64,000 nucleotides of DNA from the NCBI GenBank assembly GCA_963666115.2, contig CAXXET010000006.1, forward strand, positions 288,001-352,000. The letters are read 5' to 3'. This document shows positions 31,863 to 43,591 of the stretch, piece after piece (within the stretch, counting starts at the first letter, position 1; each line of letters opens with the position of its first letter). The DNA comes from Dehalococcoidia bacterium (GTDB lineage: Bacteria > Chloroflexota > Dehalococcoidia > UBA6926). A program made the position numbers and the translations under genes. The notes beneath the pieces were generated by a model, which searched no databases, was not told the DNA's origin, and worked only from the letters and a program-made list of their open reading frames with translations.

Positions 31863-33244
31863 TGCTGCGCCTGTCAAGCACGCTCACCGGCGAGAAGACG
31901 GAGTTCACGCCGCACAGCCCGCCGGACGCGCTGATGTACGTCTGCGGCATCACGCCGTATTCGGATTCGCACGTCGGGCACGGCATGAGCTACGTCATCT
32001 TTGACGTGGTGAGGCGTTATCTTGGCCATCGGGGCTACAACGTGCGGGTCGTGCAGAACTTCACGGACGTTGACGACAAGATCATCGCGCGCGCCCAGGA
32101 GACGGGGCAGACCGCAGCGGAACTCGCGGAGACCTACATGGGCCTCTTCCGCGAAGACATGGAGTTGCTGAACGTGCTTCCGGCGGACGAATACCCGCTT
32201 GCAACTGCTGAAGTGCCTTCGATGATTGAGATGATTTCCGGCCTCATCGACAAGGGGTTCGCGTATGCCGCAGGCGGCGACGTCTACTTCCGCGTGGACA
32301 GGTTCGACAGCTACGGCAAGCTCTCTCACCGCACGCCGGACGGGATGATGGCGGGGGCGCGGGTCGCCCCCAATGAGCTCAAGGAATCGCCTCTGGACTT
32401 CACGCTGTGGAAGGGCGCGAAGGAAGGCGAGCCGTCATGGGACAGCCCGTGGGGTCCCGGCCGCCCCGGCTGGCACATCGAGTGCTCTGCCATGTCCCTG
32501 TCCTATCTCGGCCAAAAGATCGACATTCACGGCGGCGGGGCGGACCTGATCTTTCCCCACCATGAGAACGAAATCGCCCAGACGGAGGCATTCACCGGCA
32601 CTGAGCCGTTCGCGCAGCACTGGCTCCACAACGGGCTGCTGCAACTCGGCGAGGAGAAGATGAGCAAGTCGCTCGGCAACCTCGTCTCCATCCGCGAGGT
32701 TGTTGAGCAGCACGGCGCGGACGCGTTCCGGCTGTTCGTGCTGACATCCCACTACCGGATGCCGCTGACGTGGACGGACGATGGCGTTTTGGCGTCGGCC
32801 CGCGCGGCTGAGCGGCTGTCTCGCGCCGCATGGGCAGCCGGAGGCGAGGGCAGCGCGCCCAACGTGGACGCATTCCGCGAACGTTTCCATGAGGCCATGG
32901 ACGATGATCTCAACACGCCGCAGGCGCTCGCGGCACTCTTTGACATGGCCAGGGAGATCAACCGCACCGCAGGAGAGGGCGCTGATGTTTCAGACGCCTG
33001 CGCGTCATTGCGCGAGCTTGGCGGCGTGCTGGGCCTGCGGCTGGAGCAGCCCGGCAGCGCGGACGGACTCGGCGACGCCGGCCCGTTCATCGAGCTGCTG
33101 ATCGAGACACGGACGGCATTGCGGAAGGAAAAGCAGTTCGCGCTGGCGGACGGCCTGCGGGATAGGCTCGCGGAAATAGGTGTCGTGCTGGAGGATACGC
33201 CGCGCGGCACGGAATGGCGGTTCGAGCGGCGCGGCGGGCAATAG
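31862..33244 (+). CDS. cysS: Cysteine--tRNA ligase
   Basis: YVCGITPY..HVGH, GRPGWHIECSAM, FPHHENE, KMSKSLGN. Confidence 0.97.
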   Translation: MLRLSSTLTGEKTEFTPHSPPDALMYVCGITPYSDSHVGHGMSYVIFDVVRRYLGHRGYNVRVVQNFTDVDDKIIARAQETGQTAAELAETYMGLFREDMELLNVLPADEYPLATAEVPSMIEMISGLIDKGFAYAAGGDVYFRVDRFDSYGKLSHRTPDGMMAGARVAPNELKESPLDFTLWKGAKEGEPSWDSPWGPGRPGWHIECSAMSLSYLGQKIDIHGGGADLIFPHHENEIAQTEAFTGTEPFAQHWLHNGLLQLGEEKMSKSLGNLVSIREVVEQHGADAFRLFVLTSHYRMPLTWTDDGVLASARAAERLSRAAWAAGGEGSAPNVDAFRERFHEAMDDDLNTPQALAALFDMAREINRTAGEGADVSDACASLRELGGVLGLRLEQPGSADGLGDAGPFIELLIETRTALRKEKQFALADGLRDRLAEIGVVLEDTPRGTEWRFERRGGQ

Positions 33245-33284
33245 GAATCAATCGCCAAGACTCGTCCAGGAGCAGCTTTTACCT

Positions 33285-33734
33285 ATGTGGCTCATCACCT
33301 TCGATATAGATGGAACCATGGAGTTTGGCGACCCAAACGGCGTCTTGACGCGGGAGCACGTCGAGTATTTCCGGTCCAAGGGCGCGATCGTCGGCAGCGC
33401 GTCAGACAGGCCTGAGAGTTCGCAGTTGATCATGTGGCGGGGCTACGGCCTAGAGCCTGACTTTGTGCTGCTCAAGCACCATATGCCGACTCTCAAGGAG
33501 CGTTACCCGGATTTGGCGACGTATTGGCACGTTGGCGACCGACCGCTGGATCAACAGACCGCGCGCCAGGCGGGCTTCACCTTCTTCTGGCCGGATCAAT
33601 TTCCGTCGCCGGAGATGGGCGACGACTTCTTCATGCACGTGAAGCCGCCCGAAGAGGGAGGATCACTCTCCGCTGGTGAGGCCGCCGTGCGCCTTGCCGC
33701 CCACGCGCTGGACGTGGACGGCGTTAGCCCGTGA
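33285..33734 (+). CDS. Small HAD-family hydrolase
   Basis: ITFDIDGT motif I, HVGDRPLD motif IV. Confidence 0.8.
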   Translation: MWLITFDIDGTMEFGDPNGVLTREHVEYFRSKGAIVGSASDRPESSQLIMWRGYGLEPDFVLLKHHMPTLKERYPDLATYWHVGDRPLDQQTARQAGFTFFWPDQFPSPEMGDDFFMHVKPPEEGGSLSAGEAAVRLAAHALDVDGVSP

Positions 33735-33948
33735 ATCGCGAACTGGCTATAGCCAATACGACGAAGATGACGGCGAGCCCGATTGTGGCCTGAAACAGGG
33801 TCTTTTCAAAGCCGCGCCGCGCCCGGAAGACGGACGCGCCCGCGCCGAATACGCCGCCGAGGTCCTGCGTCCGCACCTGCAGCAGGATCGCGCCGATCAG
33901 CAGCACGGCGATCAGCAACTGCAACACGTGGATGATGATAGTGATCAT
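33724..33948 (-). CDS. secG: Preprotein translocase subunit SecG
   Basis: LIGAILLQ..LGGVFG..RRGFEKTL, two TM helices, 74 aa. Confidence 0.9.
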   Translation of the reverse strand: MITIIIHVLQLLIAVLLIGAILLQVRTQDLGGVFGAGASVFRARRGFEKTLFQATIGLAVIFVVLAIASSRFTG

Positions 33949-33984
33949 TGATTCCGTTCCTTTGGCGACATCGATTCGCTCCGT

Positions 33985-35514
33985 CTATTGTGCCTCATTG
34001 CCGGCCGGCGCGAGCGCTTGCAGCTGCTCGGCCACCAACTGGTTCGCCACTTGCGGGTTCGCCTGCCCGCGCGTGGCGCGCATGACCTGGCCCACGAGGA
34101 AACCGACGGCGTTCTGCTTGCCCTTCTGGAAATCCGCAACCGCCTTGGGGTTGGCCTCGATGGCCTCTCGCACGGCGGCACCCAGCGCGTCCTGGTCGCT
34201 GATCTGCGTCAGGCCTTTCTCCTCGACAATCTGCCCGGGGCTTTTGCCAGCGCTGAACATCTCAGGGAAGACCTCTTTGGCCATGCGAACGCTGATCGTC
34301 CCGTCGTCCATCAGGTCAAGCATCGCGGCAAGGGCAGAGGCGGCAATAGGCGAGTCCGCAATGTCCGTGTCCGCCTCGCTGAGCAGGTGCGTCAAGTCGA
34401 CCATGACCCAGTTGGCGACGGCCTTGGCGCGGGCGCGCGCAGCTTCGTCGTTGGCCTGCCCGGAGGCGTGGGTGGCTTCTTCAAAGTAGTCCGCGGTTGA
34501 GCGCGCAGCCGTCAGCAGGCCGGCGTCGTAGGCGGACAGGCCGTACTCCGACATGAAGCGGCTGTGCCGGGCATCCGGCAGTTCCGGGAGAGACTGCCGC
34601 AACTCGCCGACCCATTCCCTGCCGACGACGAGCGGAGGCAGGTCAGGCTCAGGGAAATAGCGGTAATCCTGCGCGTATTCCTTGGAACGCTGGGAGAGGG
34701 TCGAGCCCGCCTCCTCGGACCAGCCGCGCGTTTCCTGCGGGATGCGTTCGCCTCGACCCAAGAGTTCCGTCTGCCGCTGCACCTCGAACTCCAACGCGCG
34801 AAAGACGGCGCGGAAGGAGTTCATGTTCTTGACCTCAACCTTCCAGTTGGGCAGGGGGTCGCCGGGCGCGCGCATGGAGATATTGGCGTCGCAGCGGAAG
34901 CTGCCCTCCTCCATGTTGCCGGTGGAGACGCCCAGGTACTGGAGGATGGAGCGCAGCTTGGTGAGGTAGAGCCGCGCCTCCTCCGGCGAGCGCAAGTCAG
35001 GCTCGCCGACGACCTCCATGAGCGGCACACCGGAGCGGTTGATGTCCACCAGTGAATACGTCTCGCCGGTGACGTCGACGCGGTGCGTGAGGCGGGCCGT
35101 GTCCTCCTCGAGGTGGACGCGCGTGATGCCGACTTTGCGCGCCTCGCCGTCCTCCGGCTCGATCTCCAGCCAGCCGTTGCGGGTCAGCGGCAGATCGTAC
35201 TGGGAAATCTGGTAGCCCTTCATCAGGTCTGGGTAGGGGTAGTTCTTGCGGTCGAACTTGGTGTCCTCGGCGATCTCGCAGTTCAATGCGAGCGCGGTCA
35301 TGATGGTGGCCGCGACGGCCTGGCGGTTGATGACGGGCAGCGTGCCGGGGAGGCCCATGCACACCGGGCAGACACGGGTATTGGGCTCCGCGCCCGTATA
35401 GTCCGTCGAACACGCGCAGAACATCTTGCTGTGGGTGAGGAGCTGGGCGTGAACCTCCAGCCCGATTACGGGTTCAAGCGCACGTTCAGTGGGGGCGGTG
35501 GCGGTGGCAGTCAT
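33985..35514 (-). CDS. gatB: Asp/Glu-tRNA amidotransferase subunit B
   Basis: [41 protein letters not shown]. Confidence 0.97.
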   Translation of the reverse strand: MTATATAPTERALEPVIGLEVHAQLLTHSKMFCACSTDYTGAEPNTRVCPVCMGLPGTLPVINRQAVAATIMTALALNCEIAEDTKFDRKNYPYPDLMKGYQISQYDLPLTRNGWLEIEPEDGEARKVGITRVHLEEDTARLTHRVDVTGETYSLVDINRSGVPLMEVVGEPDLRSPEEARLYLTKLRSILQYLGVSTGNMEEGSFRCDANISMRAPGDPLPNWKVEVKNMNSFRAVFRALEFEVQRQTELLGRGERIPQETRGWSEEAGSTLSQRSKEYAQDYRYFPEPDLPPLVVGREWVGELRQSLPELPDARHSRFMSEYGLSAYDAGLLTAARSTADYFEEATHASGQANDEAARARAKAVANWVMVDLTHLLSEADTDIADSPIAASALAAMLDLMDDGTISVRMAKEVFPEMFSAGKSPGQIVEEKGLTQISDQDALGAAVREAIEANPKAVADFQKGKQNAVGFLVGQVMRATRGQANPQVANQLVAEQLQALAPAGNEAQ

Positions 35515-35548
35515 GGCTTATTCGTACGGGAATCTCGCTGGCCCTGGA

Positions 35549-35881
35549 TCATTCGTCCCTCGGCAGGGGACCACTGCCGCCCAAGCGACCCGTAACGCGG
35601 TAGCCGACTCGTTCAGCCCACACCTCTGTGGCGTTAGGGCACTCCACGCGCAAGCGGTCTGTCGCCTCCAGAGTGTCCTTGCCCAAGGCCCATTTCCTCG
35701 TTTCGATGTCGATTGCGACGATCTTCCCGTCGTGGTCGTTTATGACCTGCGGTCGGATGTCCTCGTGGTAAATCTCCTTACCGTGGCGGGCAGTTTCATC
35801 AGCCGATAGCCGAGGCAATCGCCTTGCAATCTCCTCAGGCGTTCGTCCCGCCTTGCCCGTCTTCGTTTCCCTCTCGCTCAT
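35549..35881 (-). CDS. Small hypothetical protein (DUF5678-like)
   Basis: GKEIYHEDIRPQV..GKIVAIDIET..W; RBS AGGAG; paralog at 36912-37148. Confidence 0.7.
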   Translation of the reverse strand: MSERETKTGKAGRTPEEIARRLPRLSADETARHGKEIYHEDIRPQVINDHDGKIVAIDIETRKWALGKDTLEATDRLRVECPNATEVWAERVGYRVTGRLGGSGPLPRDE

Positions 35882-36035
35882 CGTTCTCTCCTGCCTGCGT
35901 GGACACGCCCCATGGCCACTCCCATATTGTATGCCCAATCGGAAAGTGGGGTTGACCAGAGCCCGTCCGCTGCTATACTCAGCATCCCAAACATGAGTTT
36001 GTGTGACGGACGCTCCGTCGTAAGGAGGAACCATC

Positions 36036-36218
36036 ATGGGTGAGAAGAAGAGCTTTTCCATCGACCGCAACGGCAAGGTTGAGCGGACGACCGTGGGTGC
36101 TACTGGTCAGAAGCATGTCGATACTGAGGGAAAGCAAGGCAGAAACGGGCATTTCAAGGACGAGGGACAGTATCGCAGGGCAATTGAGAAGGCTGTGAAG
36201 GATAACAGCCGGTCATAG
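36036..36218 (+). CDS. 60-aa basic hypothetical protein
   Basis: Strong RBS TAAGGAGG, with TTGACC...TATACT promoter-like elements upstream. Confidence 0.65.
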   Translation: MGEKKSFSIDRNGKVERTTVGATGQKHVDTEGKQGRNGHFKDEGQYRRAIEKAVKDNSRS

Positions 36219-36285
36219 GCGTGGACTCAAGTTCCAGCGTGGTACGGGTCGAGCTTAGTCCCGACAGCGTTCATCTGTCCGAGCG

Positions 36286-36909
36286 TTGGCTTTGCACATC
36301 GCCCCCCTTCTGAGAGACGGCTTCATTGTCGTGATGGTGCTTCTTGTGGCCGTCGCTTGCGATCCGTCTGAAAGCGGGGACGCTACGTCAACTGAAACGA
36401 TCATCCCGGAGGCCACGACGGAAGCGGTCGTGGCGACCCTTGAAGCCGAACTTAGTATGCAGGCGACGGTGGATGCAGCTGTGCCAACTATCGAGGCGCT
36501 CCTTGGCGAGTTTGCTACGGAGGAAGCCCAGATCTCCGGCGCCCTCCGTGTTACCCGCGTTATCGATGGCGACACTGTGGATGTTTGCTGCCCGGAGGCG
36601 CGAGTTCGTTTGCTTGGTATCGATGCGCCGGAGAGTGGGGAGCCACACTCGGATGAGGCGATCGGGATGGTGGAACGCCTGACACAGGGCCAGCCGATCC
36701 GCCTCGAAAAGTGCGAAGAAGAGGCGGATCGGTATGGCCGCCTTCTACGCCATGCTTTCGTTGGCGGAACCCATGTCAACCGCGAACTCGTCGAGGCAGG
36801 CCTCGCCCGCGCGTACGATTTCTCGCTCAACCTCAACCCCTGCTACGAGGACGAGCTGCGCGAGGCCGAGAGCGAGGCGCAGTGGGAAGGCCTGGGCATG
36901 TGGGAGTGA
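36286..36909 (+). CDS. Thermonuclease (SNase) family lipoprotein; start uncertain
   Basis: VIDGDTV, VRLLGIDAPE, DRYGRLL, NRELVEAGLA, GLGMW; lipobox-like VAVAC. Confidence 0.88.
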   Translation: MALHIAPLLRDGFIVVMVLLVAVACDPSESGDATSTETIIPEATTEAVVATLEAELSMQATVDAAVPTIEALLGEFATEEAQISGALRVTRVIDGDTVDVCCPEARVRLLGIDAPESGEPHSDEAIGMVERLTQGQPIRLEKCEEEADRYGRLLRHAFVGGTHVNRELVEAGLARAYDFSLNLNPCYEDELREAESEAQWEGLGMWE

Positions 36910-36911
36910 CG

Positions 36912-37148
36912 CTATCTTCCGGCGCCATCCTCTCCTGCTATTCCGACCGTGAACAAGAGAATCTGGCTTATGCCGGGACACTTCTCACGCAGGAGGTGCG
37001 ACGCCTCGTCGGAATCCTTGCCCAGAGCCCAGTTCCCTGAGCGTGTGTCGATCGCGACTATCTCCCCAACGTGGTCGTCGATCACCAGATGGCGGATGTC
37101 TCGCTGATAAATTCGCTCGCCAATCAGACGCTGCTCAAGCATCATCAT
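36912..37148 (-). CDS. Small hypothetical protein, paralog of 35549-35881
   Basis: GERIYQRDIRHLVIDDHVGEIVAIDTRSGNWALGKD versus GKEIYHEDIRPQVINDHDGKIVAIDIETRKWALGKD. Confidence 0.65.
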   Translation of the reverse strand: MMMLEQRLIGERIYQRDIRHLVIDDHVGEIVAIDTRSGNWALGKDSDEASHLLREKCPGISQILLFTVGIAGEDGAGR

Positions 37149-37208
37149 TCGCCATCCGTGTCCAAAGACATCCCTAAAACTTCGTGGCATCACAAGTGAC
37201 TCGCTCAG

Positions 37209-37955
37209 CTAGTCCCTGACAGGCGGCTCCATGAAAAAGCCCGCCAGCAGACCGATGGCCGAGAGCGCAAAGACTGCCGCCGGACAGTCATGCTCGTCCC
37301 GTTTTTCGTCCTCAGCTTGCGATCCGCGAGCCCTCAGGCTCTTTGGATCGACAGCCCTTTTAGGTGGAGTCCTTTCCTCGAACGGGATTCGATCCTTATT
37401 CAACTCCCTGAATTCCAGGTCCGTCAGGTCGAGCTTTTTTCTGTTGCAGACGCGACATGCCAGCTGCGTGTTGCGTCTATGGTCCTGGCCGCCTCTCGCT
37501 TTTGGAACCATGTGCTCCAGTTCAAGCTGGTTATAGGGGTACTGTCGACCGCAGTAGTTGCAGACACCGTCATTCTGCCTGTGGAACCAGTAGCGCTTGT
37601 CTTTGGCCTTCGGATCGTCTGCGCCCTCATAGTGGTCATACGGGCGCGCGCCGGAGGATGGTTTCACGGCTATTCTCCGCTGAGACCTCTGGCACATGAG
37701 GCACAAGTCATACTCGGACGGCTTGAAGCTGCCGCACTCAAGGCACTCGGAGATTACTCCCCGTCTCTCTTGTTCAAAGTGAGATCGACACAGGCGGTGC
37801 TTGTCCGGGATGACCGTGTCGCAATTCTGCTCACGGCACTTGTTAGGTTCCAGCGATTCAGTCTGTAAAGCCGCGTAACACTCGCCGCAATACTCGAACC
37901 ACGGCGGCTTATTCTTGCCGCACCGAGCGCACTCTCGCGGAAAGCGCTGTGTCAT
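37209..37955 (-). CDS. HNH endonuclease with N-terminal Cys-rich zinc-binding repeats
   Basis: CNYCG..LEHMVPKARGG..NTQLACRVCNRKK; three CxxC-type modules at the N-terminus. Confidence 0.85.
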   Translation of the reverse strand: MTQRFPRECARCGKNKPPWFEYCGECYAALQTESLEPNKCREQNCDTVIPDKHRLCRSHFEQERRGVISECLECGSFKPSEYDLCLMCQRSQRRIAVKPSSGARPYDHYEGADDPKAKDKRYWFHRQNDGVCNYCGRQYPYNQLELEHMVPKARGGQDHRRNTQLACRVCNRKKLDLTDLEFRELNKDRIPFEERTPPKRAVDPKSLRARGSQAEDEKRDEHDCPAAVFALSAIGLLAGFFMEPPVRD

Positions 37956-37987
37956 GGGCACCCCTTCGAATGCCGGTTAGCGTCCGC

Positions 37988-40063
<2,076 letters not shown>

Positions 40064-40154
40064 GATTGTCGGTCAACCCTCCTGCCCGTTTCGCAAAAAA
40101 CGACGGGATTAGCCCCGTCTCAGATAGGAAAATAGCATTTGCGCCCCTATCCCG

Positions 40155-40952
40155 TCAATTGAGAACGCTGCCCGTCACCCCCGCCACCGCCTCGCGGAGA
40201 GCGTCCAGGCGGTCTATCGCCGAGTACGCTGTCGCGTCCATCTGGACGGGGGTGATGGATACTTTCTTCTCTCGCAGCGCCCATACGTCCGTCCCCTCCT
40301 GCGTATCGACGCGACGGCGGCTTGTCTGCCGCTCGATGCTGATCCAGTAGTAATCGCGACGCCCATCGTTCCCGTGCGTCACCTCAAAGTTCACCGCGCG
40401 CGGCACCAGGTTCGTGATCTCCACGCCTCGCAGCGCGTCCAGCCCCAGGTTTGGCACCGTCACGTTAAAGAGGAGGCCCGCGTACCGCTCCTTGTCGGCA
40501 AGAATCCGCTCCGCCAGCGCGCGCGCCACTGCCGCCGCCGTCGTGTACCGCGTCCGCTTCCGCAGCGGCATGGAAATCGCGATGGCCGGTATCCCGCGGA
40601 TATGCGCGTGCAGCGCCGCGCCCACCGTGCCGGATAGGAACACGTCCGCCCCCAGGTTGGTGCCGTGGTTGATGCCGGAGATCACCAGGTCAGGCTTTTC
40701 CTCCGCCATGATGTGGCCGAGCGCGACGATGACCGCGTCACCCGGCGTCCCGTCCACGGCGTAGTGGCGCGCGCCTCGCGTCCGCAGGCGGCGCACTCGC
40801 ACGGGCCGGTGCAGCGTGAAGCTCGCCCCCATCCCGCTCTGCTCGCGGTCCGGCGCCACGACGGTTATCTCGCCCAGCCCGCGCAGCGACTTCACCAGCG
40901 CGAGAATCCCGGGCGCGTGTATCCCGTCATCGTTCGTCAACAGCAATCGCAC
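40155..40952 (-). CDS. surE: 5'/3'-nucleotidase SurE
   Basis: LLTNDDGIHAPG, VAPDREQSG, GTPGD, SGINHGTNLG, SGTVGAA. Confidence 0.95.
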   Translation of the reverse strand: MRLLLTNDDGIHAPGILALVKSLRGLGEITVVAPDREQSGMGASFTLHRPVRVRRLRTRGARHYAVDGTPGDAVIVALGHIMAEEKPDLVISGINHGTNLGADVFLSGTVGAALHAHIRGIPAIAISMPLRKRTRYTTAAAVARALAERILADKERYAGLLFNVTVPNLGLDALRGVEITNLVPRAVNFEVTHGNDGRRDYYWISIERQTSRRRVDTQEGTDVWALREKKVSITPVQMDATAYSAIDRLDALREAVAGVTGSVLN

Positions 40953-41052
40953 GCCGCAAGTCTACCCTACTCTGCGGTAGGATGAACGCATGCCCCCGCC
41001 TTCACGGGGGATACGGTAGGGAGCGGGGGTTCGGTAAGGAAAGGAGAACGAA

Positions 41053-41454
41053 ATGGCGCGGTCAATCACATTGGACGAGGCAAACACGGTCATCGCCGGC
41101 GCAATCGCCAAGGCGGAGGAGCAGGGGACGAAGATGAGCATCTCCGTCGTCGACGCGGGCGGGCGTTTGGTCGCCTTCGCGCGGATGGACGGCGCGATCT
41201 GGGCGGGCGTCTACGGCTCGCACGGCAAGGCGATAGCCTCCGCCGCGTTCGGTCGACCGTCGGGATTCTTCCAGGAGATGGCGAGCAACCCGATTTTCGC
41301 GGGCATCAAGGCCGCCGAGGGCGACCACATGATCCTGAGCCTGGGCGCAGTGCCGATCGAAAAGGACGGAGAGGTCATTGGGGCGGTCGGCGTCGGCGGC
41401 GGCACGGGCCAGCAGGATGAGGATTGCGCGGTTGCGGGGGCTGGGGGGGTGTAG
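41053..41454 (+). CDS. GlcG/HbpS family heme-binding protein
   Basis: SVVDAGGRLVAFARMDGA, GKA, IGAVGVGGG..QDEDCA. Confidence 0.9.
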   Translation: MARSITLDEANTVIAGAIAKAEEQGTKMSISVVDAGGRLVAFARMDGAIWAGVYGSHGKAIASAAFGRPSGFFQEMASNPIFAGIKAAEGDHMILSLGAVPIEKDGEVIGAVGVGGGTGQQDEDCAVAGAGGV

Positions 41455-41496
41455 GCGGTAGGTGGTATCCTTTTGGGGTAGTGGGAGGGGGAGACT

Positions 41497-42366
41497 ATGC
41501 CTGATGGGGAGAGCGTCGCGACATACCGAGCATTGAGCCTGGGTGCCGGAGTCCAAAGCTCGGTGCTTGCTTTGTTACTATCGCGCGGCGACCAGCGGCT
41601 TGTCGATGCAGGCTATCCGAAACCAGATTTGGCGGTGTTTGCTGATACCGGGTGGGAACCGGACTACGTCTATGAGCATCTGGACTGGTTGGAAACGCAG
41701 CTTGATTTTGAACTCATCCGGGTGAGCGACGGCAATCTCAGGGAGAATTTGAGGCGTGCCAAGACGGTAACCGGGCATGACTTTGTCGACGTTCCGATGT
41801 TCGTGACGAATCCCGATGGCGGGGCAGGTATTCTCCGTCGCCAATGCACGAATCACTACAAGATCCGGCCGATCCATCGGGCAGTGAGGGAACGGGCTGG
41901 AGGAAAGCGCGGACGCCCGTTCCCGAAAAACACCCACGCCGAGATGTGGCTTGGAATCTCAACGGATGAGATTGTGCGAATGAAGCCGAGCCGTGAACCA
42001 TGGACGGTGCATCGATGGCCGCTAATCGACATCGGTATGTCGCGCCAGGACTGCCTCGACTGGTTTGAGAGTGAATACCCTGACCGGCATCTGCCCAGGT
42101 CGGCCTGTGTCATCTGCCCCTATCGCTCTGACGCCCATTGGCAGGAGATGCGCGAGTACGAGCCCGAGAGCTTTGACGAGGCGGTCGCATTTGACAGGTG
42201 GCTGCGAAAGTCGTCAAAGAACCCGGTGCGGCAAGTGCTTGCGGGTCGCCCGTATCTGCATAGGACGCGCAGACCCCTTGGTAGCGCAGTTGAGGGTCTT
42301 GCGAGCGGCACACTTGTTGATGATGGGCTGTTTGAGGATGAATGTGAAGGTCACTGTGGCGTCTGA
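41497..42366 (+). CDS. PP-loop (adenine nucleotide alpha-hydrolase) / PAPS-reductase-like protein
   Basis: LSLGAGVQSS, FADTGWE, RQCT, WLGISTDE, RSACVICPY, C-terminal ECEGHC. Confidence 0.8.
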   Translation: MPDGESVATYRALSLGAGVQSSVLALLLSRGDQRLVDAGYPKPDLAVFADTGWEPDYVYEHLDWLETQLDFELIRVSDGNLRENLRRAKTVTGHDFVDVPMFVTNPDGGAGILRRQCTNHYKIRPIHRAVRERAGGKRGRPFPKNTHAEMWLGISTDEIVRMKPSREPWTVHRWPLIDIGMSRQDCLDWFESEYPDRHLPRSACVICPYRSDAHWQEMREYEPESFDEAVAFDRWLRKSSKNPVRQVLAGRPYLHRTRRPLGSAVEGLASGTLVDDGLFEDECEGHCGV

Positions 42367-43591
42367 AAGTTCTACTATCCAGGCCCTTTATGGCCTTCAT
42401 CCTTATCAGCGCCAAGTTTTGGGCGATATAGTCGCGGCGCTTGCAGAGCCCGAGGGCCGGGTTGTTGCTCACCTACCTACTGGTGCTGGCAAGACCAGAA
42501 TTGCTAGCCACGTTGCGGGGCACATGCTCAACAGCAGTTCTGGAGATAGTGCCCTAGTTATCTGGCTTGCGTCCACCGAGGAACTATGTGACCAGGCCGC
42601 TGAAACACTCGAACGCGCCTGGCAGCATGTGGGCCAGAGAAACGTAACAATGAATCGGTTTTGGGGTGGACATCGAATCGATTTGCGACAGATTGAAGGT
42701 GGCTTTCTGGTTGCCGGGCTGGCGAAACTCTGGGCAGTTGCCAGCCAGGACAATACCTGGAGTCCTCATCTCGCACAAAGAACTGCGGGAGTGATCTTTG
42801 ATGAGGCTCACCAGGCAGTGGCGAGAACCTATTCATATTTGACGGAACAACTCATTGGATCAAGGACCCCGTTGCTTGGACTGACCGCAACTCCTGGCCG
42901 TAAAGCGTCCTTGAGTGATGAGGATTATGCCTTAGCGGAGATGTTTGCTCACAAGAAAGTGTCGATCGATCCCAAAGGGCACGTTAGCCCGGTTACGTAC
43001 CTGATTGCGAACGGATACCTTGCCGACCCTCGCTTTGTCACGAGGGCATTCACCGGCCAGCAGCGCGATTCACTTCGAACGAATAACGGCGATTATGCTC
43101 AGGAACTGCTCGACGAATTGGGGAGGGATCGAGAGCGCAACCAGAATATTGTAGATTGGACAGCAGACGCAGCGACTAGGCACAAGCGGATCATTGTATT
43201 CTGTCCTTCGGTCGAAAGTGTCCAGCAATGTGGGCAGCAGTTGGAGTTAAGGGGCCTCCAAGCAAACGGGATTACAGCAACGACTCCCCAAGATGTCCGC
43301 TCTGAGATTATTCGCAAATATCGCGAGACCTCGTCCACCCCCAGGATAATCTTGAATTATGGTGTCCTCACTGCGGGCTTCGACGCGCCACAGACTTCAT
43401 GCGCAATCATTGCGCGCCCGACTCAATCGCTGGTACTATATTCTCAGATGGTAGGTCGTGCGCTGCGGGGTCCGCGCGTTGGGGGAAATAGGTGGGCCGA
43501 AATACTCACCGTTGTCGACATGGACTTACCGGGGTTCGACTCTGTTACTGACGCATTTAGGAATTGGGAGGAGCTATGGCAGGAGAACTGA
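42356..43591 (+). CDS. SF2 DEAH/ResIII-like helicase
   Basis: LHPYQ, PTGAGKT, DEAH, GLTATPGR, LTAGFDAP, QMVGRALRG; start is GTG 42356 or ATG 42338. Confidence 0.92.
   Translation: MASESSTIQALYGLHPYQRQVLGDIVAALAEPEGRVVAHLPTGAGKTRIASHVAGHMLNSSSGDSALVIWLASTEELCDQAAETLERAWQHVGQRNVTMNRFWGGHRIDLRQIEGGFLVAGLAKLWAVASQDNTWSPHLAQRTAGVIFDEAHQAVARTYSYLTEQLIGSRTPLLGLTATPGRKASLSDEDYALAEMFAHKKVSIDPKGHVSPVTYLIANGYLADPRFVTRAFTGQQRDSLRTNNGDYAQELLDELGRDRERNQNIVDWTADAATRHKRIIVFCPSVESVQQCGQQLELRGLQANGITATTPQDVRSEIIRKYRETSSTPRIILNYGVLTAGFDAPQTSCAIIARPTQSLVLYSQMVGRALRGPRVGGNRWAEILTVVDMDLPGFDSVTDAFRNWEELWQEN

Noticed and set aside
42065-42337. N-terminal 91 aa of the helicase ORF call
   Set aside because: It overlaps the PP-loop gene out of frame; helicase motifs start after 42356.
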